NCBI GenBank assembly: GCA_965226585.1
Contig: OZ245366.1
Location: forward strand, 960,001 to 1,024,000
Reading direction: 5' to 3'
Source: Thermodesulfobacteriota bacterium
GTDB taxonomy: Bacteria > Desulfobacterota_D > UBA1144 > Nemesobacterales > Mycalebacteriaceae
Length of the DNA: 64,000 nt
Numbering within the stretch: position 1 is the stretch's first letter; the number at the start of each line of letters is the position of its first letter. This document shows positions 10,501 through 18,010 of this stretch, piece by piece. The translations under genes and the position numbers were made by a program. The notes under the pieces are model-generated. The model had not been told where the DNA came from. It saw only the letters and a program-made list of their open reading frames with translations, and ran no database searches.

Positions 10501-12009
10501 CCTGTATTTTGAAGGATTGAAAAACATGTCGGTGAAGAAAGTCCTCGCGGCTTCCCTGCTTGGCGGATCGGTGGGACGGAACTTTCTGTATATCTCGGCA
10601 ATTGCCCCGTCACAGAAAACATCCGTGTCCGCTCCGATGTCCGCAAATCTTTTCCTTATAACTTCCAGATGGTCGGGAGACAGCTCCTCAACCCACGCCT
10701 CGTCTTCTTCTTTTTCTTTGAGTTTGAGCGTGTAGTTTGACTTGGAAAGGCTTGCCAGCATTTTTGAAAACTTCGCCTTGTCCGCCTTGTTCCGTCTTAT
10801 TCCCAGCGCGAAGGTTGTGTTCACTTCGTCACCGTAAACCCGTTTCTCTTCAATCAGGGTTTCAGCGATGGAAGACGATACGGAGATGTCGTCCGTGTAG
10901 TAGAAAGAGACAGTTTCAATTTGCGCTTCTCTCATGGCGCGCAAGGTATCTTCCGTTATCTTTTCCCCGAAGCGCGTTACCACTTCACCCGTGCTTTTGT
11001 CAACGATGCTTTCAGAGCCGGCATACACTTTGTCAATCAGTTCGGAATCGCTCTCAAGCGGGATGGCGTTTATCTTGTTCTTTTTCAGGATTTCTATAAC
11101 CCTTTTGGTGAACTTTCTGCCTTTCTTGTGAATAAGCTCGCCGCCCTTTTTGATGTCCGCCGAGCTTTTCTGATAGATGATGGTCTCAGGGTTTATCTTT
11201 TTCGAGATGCCGCCGCCCTTTTCAAACTTGACAGTTTCAACATCGTAGAAAAGGTTCAGTATGTTTCTTTCGGTGTAGCCGAGGGCTTTGAGAAACAGCG
11301 TAACGACAAACTTTTTTCTGCGGTCAATGCGGACGTTGAGAAAGTTTTTTGAATCAAAATCAAAATCCAGCCACCTGCCGTCTTTGGGTATCACCCTTGC
11401 CACAAAAGATTCTTTTGTGGAAGAGCGAGCCTGCTCTCCGGGTTTGGGCCCGTCGAACAGAACACCCGGAGAACGGTGTATCTGGTTCACTATCACCCTT
11501 TCGGCTCCGCCTATGATGAAAGAGCCGTTGTCTGTCATTCTGGGAATTTCGCCGAAATAGACGTCCTGCTCGGTTACTTCTTTTATGTCGCCGCTTCCGT
11601 CTTCCTCAAACACTATCAGGCGCAGGGTAACGTAGAGGGAAACTGTGTAGTCATAGCCTTTAAGTCTGCATTCGGTTTCGTCAAACTTCGGCTGAAGGTC
11701 GTATACTTCGTGCCCATTTTTGTCTTTTACGGGTCTGCCGTCTTCGTCAAGCACCCTCTGACCGAGGCTGTAATGCTCAAAGTCCAGAGAGGTTTTTTCA
11801 CCGTAATTGTCTATGGGGAATATCGCCTTGAAAACCGCCTGCAGTCCGTGGTTTTCCCTTTCCCCTCTTTTCTCCGGTTCCACGTCTTTCTGCAGAAACC
11901 TTTTGTAGGATTCCGTCTGAACATTCAGGAGGTTGGGAATGTCCTGAATCGCGGGTATTTTGGAGAAACTTACCCTTCTTTTTTCACTGTCAACCGTTTG
12001 AGAATTCAA
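7567..12009 (-). CDS. rpoB: DNA-directed RNA polymerase beta subunit
   Basis: [32 protein letters not shown] and [17 protein letters not shown] motifs. Start placed at TTG 12009 downstream of a GGAGG Shine-Dalgarno; the ORF track extends to 12042. Confidence 0.99.
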   Translation of the reverse strand: [1480 protein letters not shown]

Positions 12010-12109
12010 TATAAAAAAGCCCTCCGGAGCAAGCGCGCGCAAACGTTTCCGCTGCGTGCGCGAAACACACCAATTTCAAAACCACAGACAAAACTGCCCG
12101 CCGCAACCG

Positions 12110-12505
12110 TCAGCTCAGTTCCACGGTCGCGCCGGCTTCTTCGAATTTCTTCTTAAATTCTTCCGCTTCGTCCTTTTTCAGCCCTTCTTTTATAAGCTTG
12201 GGAGCACCCTCAACAAGCTCTTTGGACTCTTTGAGTCCCAGGGATGTAATTTCCCTGACGACCTTGATAACCTGAATTTTGTTTTCCCCTGATTCTTTCA
12301 GGGTAATGCCGAATTCAGTTTTCTCAGCGCCTCCGGCGGCATCTTCTCCGCCCTGAGCGCCAGCCGCGGGAGCCGCCGCCACTGCGATCTGAGGAGCCGC
12401 TTTTATGTCAAACTTCTCCTCTATCTCCTTTATGAGCTCGGATATCTCCATCATGCTCGCTTTTTCAAGGTAGTTAATTACCTCTTCTTTGGTCAAATCA
12501 GCCAT
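12110..12505 (-). CDS. rplL: 50S ribosomal protein L7/L12
   Basis: Ala-rich hinge and C-terminal domain KTEF...[28 protein letters not shown]...AGATVEL. Confidence 0.98.
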   Translation of the reverse strand: MADLTKEEVINYLEKASMMEISELIKEIEEKFDIKAAPQIAVAAAPAAGAQGGEDAAGGAEKTEFGITLKESGENKIQVIKVVREITSLGLKESKELVEGAPKLIKEGLKKDEAEEFKKKFEEAGATVELS

Positions 12506-13217
12506 CGCTGTTTTCCTCCTTTTGTTTTTTATTATCTGAAGATTCTTCTTCCGTTGCCTTTGCCTCTTCCGCCGGAGAGTTTTCCGCCGCCTTCACTTCA
12601 CTTTCACCCTCTGCGGGTTTTTCCGCGTCCTCTTTCTTATCTTCCGCCTTCGCTTCTTTTGTTTCTTCTTTTCCGATATCTTCCGCTTTTTCTTCCCCGC
12701 CGTCCTTTGTCTGCTTCAGCGCTTCAAGACCGAACAGCAGTTTGGAGCGCATCTGCTCCAGAGAGTTCGCAAAGTTTGACATCGGTGTGGCGAGAACGGA
12801 TGCGAACATTGATATAAGTATCTGTCTTGAAGGCAGTTTTGATATCTTTTCAATCTCTTCCGCTCCGCACACTTTGCCTTCAACAATTCCGCCTTTAATG
12901 AGGAGTTTTTCAAACTCTTTCCGCGCTTCGGTGAAAACCTTTGCCGTTGCCGGGGATTCCTGACCGCATATTGCTATCGCGGTAGGACCCTGAAAAAGAT
13001 CTTTTATTTTCTCAACTTCAGTGCCTTCACACGCCTTGACGAGAAACTTGTTTTTGATAACCCGCAGTTCGGCGTCCGTCTTTTTGACCTGTCTTCTTAC
13101 AGACTGCATGGATTTCACGTCAAGCCCTCTGTATTCAATCACAAGAACTGAAACCGGATTCTGAAAAATGCCGGCAAGTTCGTCTATGATTTTCTTTTTG
13201 TCTTCTTTCTGCTGCAT
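12498..13217 (-). CDS. rplJ: 50S ribosomal protein L10 with a ~70-aa acidic C-terminal tail
   Basis: YRGL..VIKN..GPTAIA..KGGIVEG..LPSR motifs; lies between rplA and rplL. Confidence 0.95.
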   Translation of the reverse strand: MQQKEDKKKIIDELAGIFQNPVSVLVIEYRGLDVKSMQSVRRQVKKTDAELRVIKNKFLVKACEGTEVEKIKDLFQGPTAIAICGQESPATAKVFTEARKEFEKLLIKGGIVEGKVCGAEEIEKISKLPSRQILISMFASVLATPMSNFANSLEQMRSKLLFGLEALKQTKDGGEEKAEDIGKEETKEAKAEDKKEDAEKPAEGESEVKAAENSPAEEAKATEEESSDNKKQKEENSDG

Positions 13218-13943
13218 TTATACAACGCTCTCAAAACTTTTGATTTCTTCCTTCATGTTTGCCAAGTCAATTTTAACTGAAGGTCCCATCGTGTTTGATA
13301 TGCTCACCTTTCTGAAAAACTCTCCTTTTGAGGATGATGGTTTCATCTTTTTCAGCCAGGAGAGAATGAAGAGCAGGTTTTCCTTTATTCTGGGAGACTC
13401 GAATGAGCTCTTTCCCACAACCGTGTGAACAACACTGCCTTTGTCGTTTTTAACCTCTATCCTTCCGCCTTTTGACTGCTTTACGATTTTCGCTATGTCG
13501 TTTGTCACCGTGCCCATTTTCGGCGCGGGCATCAAACCCCTGGGACCCAGAAACTTGCCCAGTTTCCCGACTTCCGCCATAACATCCGGAGTTGCAATCG
13601 CGACATCAAAATCAAGCCAGTTTTCTTTCTGTATCTTTTCCACAATATCTTCCAGCCCCGCATAGTCTGCCCCGGCTTCTTTTGCTTCTGCGGCTTTTTC
13701 CTCTTTTGCGAAAACCAGAACTTTGAGGTTTTTGCCCGTGCCTTGAGGCAGAACAAAAGAACCCCTTATCTGCTGGTCGGCTTGTTTGGGGTCAACGCCG
13801 AGTTTGACCGCCAGATCGACGGATTCGTCAAACTTTGCCGATGCTGTGCTCGAAATAAACCCGACTGCGTCATCCAGAGTGTACATAGACTCTCTGTCAA
13901 ACTTGTCGCACAACTCGCTGTATCTTTTACCTTTTTTTGCCAT
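13218..13943 (-). CDS. rplA: 50S ribosomal protein L1
   Basis: KFDESVDLAVKLGVDP, LGPRGLMP, TMGPSVK. Confidence 0.98.
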   Translation of the reverse strand: MAKKGKRYSELCDKFDRESMYTLDDAVGFISSTASAKFDESVDLAVKLGVDPKQADQQIRGSFVLPQGTGKNLKVLVFAKEEKAAEAKEAGADYAGLEDIVEKIQKENWLDFDVAIATPDVMAEVGKLGKFLGPRGLMPAPKMGTVTNDIAKIVKQSKGGRIEVKNDKGSVVHTVVGKSSFESPRIKENLLFILSWLKKMKPSSSKGEFFRKVSISNTMGPSVKIDLANMKEEIKSFESVV

Positions 13944-13952
13944 TGGTCAGTC

Positions 13953-14375
13953 CTAGTTTACATCAATTCCCATGCTTTTCGCGCTTCCGATGATAATATT
14001 TCTGGCAGACTCAATAGTGTCCGCATTCAGGTCTTGCATCTTCTTTTCCGCTATTTCGTCAATCTGTTTCATCGTAACCGACCCGACTTTTTCTCTCGGA
14101 ACGTTTGAAGACCCTTTTTTCACCTTTGCCGCATTCTTCAAAAAGTACGAAACGGGCGGCGCTTTAATCTCAAGGGAGAAGGTTTTGTCCTTGTAAACCG
14201 TTATCACAACGGGAAGCAAGCCTTCTTTACCGTTGGTTTCAGCGTTAAAAGCCTTGCAGAACTCCATTATGTTTATCCCCTTCTGTCCGAGAGCCGGACT
14301 GATTTGCGGGGACGGAGCGGCTTTGCCCGCCGGAACAAGCAGTTTCAGGTAACCGTCTATCTCTTTTGTGCTCAC
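13953..14375 (-). CDS. rplK: 50S ribosomal protein L11
   Basis: [33 protein letters not shown]. Confidence 0.98.
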   Translation of the reverse strand: MSTKEIDGYLKLLVPAGKAAPSPQISPALGQKGINIMEFCKAFNAETNGKEGLLPVVITVYKDKTFSLEIKAPPVSYFLKNAAKVKKGSSNVPREKVGSVTMKQIDEIAEKKMQDLNADTIESARNIIIGSAKSMGIDVN

Positions 14376-14959
14376 ATCTGCTCCACCTGATTAAAGTCCA
14401 GCTCTATCGGGGTTGACCTCCCGAATATGCTGACCGAAACCAGAACTCTTTCTTTTTCCATGTTTATCTCTCTAATCACGCCGGACAGGTTGGCAAACGG
14501 ACCCTCAATAACTTTGACGGTCTCGCCCTGCTCAAACGATATCTTGAGTTTGGGCTTAAGCGTGCCTTCCTGAATCTGCTTTTTGATGCTCTCAACCTCT
14601 TTCTCGTCAATTGAAGAGATTGAGTCCGGGTCTATTCTTCCGCCTCTCATCTCCTCGCCGACAAAGCCGTTCACTCTTGGCACATCCTTTATGAAGTGCC
14701 ATGTCTGTTCCTGCATCTCCATATTCACAAACACATAGCCGGGGAAGAACATCTTTTCCGAGATTTTCTGCTTACCGTCTTTTTTGGACTCAACCAGAGT
14801 CTCGATGGGAAGCAGAACTTCTCCTATCGGCAAATCCCCGCCCGAAGCTTCCTTTTTTTGATCTAAAAAAGATTTCACTTTTTTCTCATGCCCCGTGCTT
14901 ACCTGCACTGCGTACCATTTTTTCCCGTTAGATCCCATATTCTTTTTTCCATCCGGCAT
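14372..14959 (-). CDS. nusG: Transcription termination/antitermination factor NusG
   Basis: [23 protein letters not shown] motif [21 protein letters not shown]. Start is ATG 14959 or 14938. Confidence 0.97.
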   Translation of the reverse strand: MPDGKKNMGSNGKKWYAVQVSTGHEKKVKSFLDQKKEASGGDLPIGEVLLPIETLVESKKDGKQKISEKMFFPGYVFVNMEMQEQTWHFIKDVPRVNGFVGEEMRGGRIDPDSISSIDEKEVESIKKQIQEGTLKPKLKISFEQGETVKVIEGPFANLSGVIREINMEKERVLVSVSIFGRSTPIELDFNQVEQM

Positions 14960-14966
14960 TCCCGCC

Positions 14967-15161
14967 TTACACAAGTATCAAGCGAATCAGGCTGGAGAAC
15001 AGGTAGTCGGCAACCGCCAGCACAACCGTGAACAAAACCGACACGGCAAGCACCACAACAGTTGACTTTACGGTGCCGGCGCGGTCAGGCCACGATATCT
15101 TCCAGAACTCAATCTCAACATCTTTCAGATATTGAACCGCCTTTCTCACATATCCCTGCAA
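14967..15161 (-). CDS. secE: Preprotein translocase subunit SecE
   Basis: E..KISWP motif followed by one transmembrane helix; sits between tRNA-Trp and nusG. Confidence 0.92.
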   Translation of the reverse strand: MQGYVRKAVQYLKDVEIEFWKISWPDRAGTVKSTVVVLAVSVLFTVVLAVADYLFSSLIRLILV

Positions 15162-15196
15162 CTTCCTACCTATGTCGACAAACGGCCAACAAACAA

Positions 15197-15270
15197 CAGG
15201 GCAGGAGGGAATCGAACCCCCAACCGGCGGTTTTGGAGACCGCTGCTCTGCCTAATTGAGCTACTGCCCT
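15197..15270 (-). tRNA. tRNA-Trp(CCA)
   Basis: AGGGCAG/CTGCCCT acceptor stem, anticodon arm GCGGT-CT-CCA-AA-ACCGC, GGTTCGATTCC T-loop; 3' CCA not encoded. Confidence 0.96.
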
Positions 15271-15296
15271 AAACCAAACACCCTCGTTGTTCCGCT

Positions 15297-16472
15297 TTAC
15301 TCGATAATACCCGTGACGACGCCTGCGCCCACGGTTTTGCCTCCTTCCCTTATGGCGAAGCGGAGTTGTTCCTCCATCGCCACCGGGGCTATAAGTTCAA
15401 CTTCCACGTTCACACTGTCTCCGGGCATAACCATCTCCACTCCGTCAGGGAGTTTCACCGAGCCCGTTACGTCCGTTGTCCTCAGGTAAAACTGAGGCCT
15501 GTATCCGGGGAAAAACGGCGTGTGCCTGCCGCCTTCCTCTTTCTTCAAAACATACACTTCTGCGGAAAACTTCTTGTGCGGCGTTATACTTCCCACCGCG
15601 CTCAAAACCTGCCCGCGCTCCACATTCTCTTTGTCTATGCCTCTGAGAAGCACACCCACATTGTCTCCGGCAACAGCATCGTCAAGTATCTTGCGGAACA
15701 TCTCAAGGCTCGTGGCCACAGTCTTGACCGTCTCGCCAAAACCCACTATCTCAACCTCGTCTCCAGCCTCTATCTTGCCCTTCTCCACCCTGCCCGTTAC
15801 AACAGTCCCGCGTCCCGATATTGTGAACACATCCTCCACCGCCATAATGAACGGCTTGTCCACCTCTCTCACAGGCTCGGGAATGTAGCTGTCCACGGCG
15901 CTCATCAACTCCCGTATCTGCGCCTCCGCATCCGCATCCCCTTCAAGCGCCTTAAGTGCGCTTACTTTTACTATCGGTATGTCATCACCGGGAAACTTGT
16001 ACTCACTCAAAAGCTCCCGTATCTCTAACTCTACAAGATCAAGCAACTCAGGGTCGTCCAGCATGTCAATCTTGTTCAACGCAACCACTATCGACGGAAC
16101 ACCTACCTGACGCGCAAGCAGTATGTGCTCCCGCGTCTGGGGCATCGGTCCGTCCGGTGCGCTCACCACAAGTATCGCGCCGTCCATCTGCGCAGCTCCC
16201 GTTATCATGTTCTTTACATAGTCCGCGTGACCGGGACAGTCAACGTGCGCGTAGTGCCGCGTATCCGTCTCATACTCCACGTGAGATATGTTTATCGTTA
16301 TCCCCCTGTCCTTCTCCTCAGGAGACTTGTCTATGTCACCAAACTCTACATACTCTGCCTTGTCCAAAACCTTCGTTATCGCCGCTGTAAGTGTCGTCTT
16401 GCCATGGTCCACGTGCCCCACTGTCCCTATGTTTAAATGCGGCTTCCCTCTCTCAAACTTCTCCTTCGACAT
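15297..16472 (-). CDS. tuf: Elongation factor Tu
   Basis: [42 protein letters not shown]. Confidence 0.99.
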   Translation of the reverse strand: MSKEKFERGKPHLNIGTVGHVDHGKTTLTAAITKVLDKAEYVEFGDIDKSPEEKDRGITINISHVEYETDTRHYAHVDCPGHADYVKNMITGAAQMDGAILVVSAPDGPMPQTREHILLARQVGVPSIVVALNKIDMLDDPELLDLVELEIRELLSEYKFPGDDIPIVKVSALKALEGDADAEAQIRELMSAVDSYIPEPVREVDKPFIMAVEDVFTISGRGTVVTGRVEKGKIEAGDEVEIVGFGETVKTVATSLEMFRKILDDAVAGDNVGVLLRGIDKENVERGQVLSAVGSITPHKKFSAEVYVLKKEEGGRHTPFFPGYRPQFYLRTTDVTGSVKLPDGVEMVMPGDSVNVEVELIAPVAMEEQLRFAIREGGKTVGAGVVTGIIE

Positions 16473-16520
16473 ATCTGTATACCTCCTTTCTTGTGAAGTT
16501 AAGCAAAGTCAATTGTCCAC

Positions 16521-16593
<73 letters not shown>

Positions 16594-16609
16594 AGCAGTA
16601 GTATTTTCG

Positions 16610-16683
16610 AGCGGGAGACGGGACTCGAACCCGCGACCCTCAGCTTGGAAGGCTGATGCTCTAGCCAACTGAGCTACTCCCGC
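16610..16683 (-). tRNA. tRNA-Gly(TCC)
   Basis: GCGGGAGTAGCTCAG...TCAGC-CT-TCC-AA-GCTGA...GGTTCGAGTCC...CTCCCGCT. Confidence 0.96.
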
Positions 16684-16699
16684 AAAAAGCACGAGCCTG

Positions 16700-16782
16700 T
16701 GGGGAGAGTAGGATTCGAACCCACGTAGGCTTACGCCGGCAGATTTACAGTCTGCTGCTTTTGACCGCTCAGCCATCTCCCC
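16700..16782 (-). tRNA. tRNA-Tyr(GTA)
   Basis: GGGGAGA acceptor, GCAGA-CT-GTA-AA-TCTGC anticodon arm, long variable arm, GGTTCGAATCC. Confidence 0.96.
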
Positions 16783-16834
16783 GTCTGTCTGGTATTTAAC
16801 AAACATAAAAGAAAACCCCACCACAGGCACTGAC

Positions 16835-16907
16835 AGCTGGCGAAGGGATTCGAACCCCCGACCTGCTGATTACAAATCAGCTGCTCTGCCAACTGAGCTA
16901 CGCCAGC
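16835..16907 (-). tRNA. tRNA-Thr(TGT)
   Basis: GCTGGCGTAGCTCAG...GCTGA-TT-TGT-AA-TCAGC...GGTTCGAATCC...CGCCAGCT; classic Thr-Tyr-Gly-Thr-tuf order. Confidence 0.96.
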
Positions 16908-16946
16908 GGTAAATCCATATTCACGCACTACTGACCAAGACAGTTG

Positions 16947-16974
16947 ATTTTATATAGAAAAAAAACTATGTCAA
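16947..16974 (-). promoter_or_regulatory. Sigma70-type promoter for the tRNA-tuf operon
   Basis: TTGACA (16974-16969), 16-bp spacer, TAAAAT (16952-16947), about 40 nt upstream of tRNA-Thr. Confidence 0.7.
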
Positions 16975-16985
16975 ATCCGAATTCA

Positions 16986-17429
16986 TCAAACAAAAGAAGC
17001 CGTTATTGAAGCGTCCGCGACTTTTTCCCCTCCGGAAAGCGTGGCGAAACCTTCAAAAACCATAACCCTTGTGCGTTTGCGCGTCAGGTTTACCGAAAGG
17101 GTCAATTCCTCTCCGGGCCCAACGGGCTTTCTGAAGCGGCAGTTGTCAAGCCCCATCAGATAGGCATTTGAAAAACCGAGCTCTTTTATTTCATCGGCAA
17201 AAGATGCGCCGATAAGAACACCTCCCGCTTGCGCGAGAGATTCCGCGATAATAACTCCCGGAACAACGGGATTGCCGGGGAAATGCCCGAGGAACATGGC
17301 TTCATCCGCCTCAAAAGTTCTTAGCGCGACAATTTTGGAACCCTTCTCAAACTCGGTCACGCCGTCCAGAAACAAGAACGGCTCCCTGTGGGGAATAAAC
17401 TGCTTTATCTGTTCTCTGTCGAAAACCAT
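16986..17429 (-). CDS. fabZ: 3-hydroxyacyl-ACP dehydratase
   Basis: IPHREPFLFLD, GHFPGNPVVPGVIIAESLAQ, FRKPVGPG. Confidence 0.96.
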   Translation of the reverse strand: MVFDREQIKQFIPHREPFLFLDGVTEFEKGSKIVALRTFEADEAMFLGHFPGNPVVPGVIIAESLAQAGGVLIGASFADEIKELGFSNAYLMGLDNCRFRKPVGPGEELTLSVNLTRKRTRVMVFEGFATLSGGEKVADASITASFV

Positions 17430-17431
17430 AA

Positions 17432-17977
17432 TCAGTATTTGTTGTCGTACATTTCTATAACCTTCTCGGTTATATCAACGCCGTCAGACACAAAAAGAAC
17501 TCCGGATTTGGCAAGGATAACGGAGTAGCCGTCGGATTTGCCCAGTTGGTTTACAACGTTTTGTATCTGCTGGGAAATCTTTCTTCTCATCTCGGCGTCT
17601 CTCTTTTTAAGTTCATCGGTAAAATCCTCTCTCGCCCTGAGAAGCTCCTTCTTCTTTTTCTCAATTTCAGAGCTTTTCCCTTTGAGGGTGTCTTCGTTCA
17701 TAACGGAGAGGTTTTTTGTGAAATCTTTTTCCATCTTGTCGTACTGCGCGCTTTTTTTGTCAAGTATTGCCTGCTTTTTCTTGAACTCTTTTTCAAAAGA
17801 TGCGCGCGCCTTTTTGCCCGCTTTGGAATGGATAAGAACGCGCTGAACGTCAATAATTCCAATGCGCGACTGCTTTTGAGCCACAGCCTCGTGGCAGAAA
17901 GCGAATACCAGAGAAACCAGAAAAACCGCCATCAGCGGAAGGCGGAAAAAACTCCGCTTAGAAAAAATGCTAACCAT
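17432..17977 (-). CDS. skp: OmpH/Skp periplasmic chaperone
   Basis: Signal peptide, RIGIIDVQRVL..S.AGK, coiled coil, DIT.KVI; ATG 17977 follows an AAGGAGG SD; downstream of bamA. Confidence 0.9.
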   Translation of the reverse strand: MVSIFSKRSFFRLPLMAVFLVSLVFAFCHEAVAQKQSRIGIIDVQRVLIHSKAGKKARASFEKEFKKKQAILDKKSAQYDKMEKDFTKNLSVMNEDTLKGKSSEIEKKKKELLRAREDFTDELKKRDAEMRRKISQQIQNVVNQLGKSDGYSVILAKSGVLFVSDGVDITEKVIEMYDNKY

Positions 17978-18010
17978 TTGTCTCCTCCTTTGCTTCAAAT
18001 CCTTAAAATC

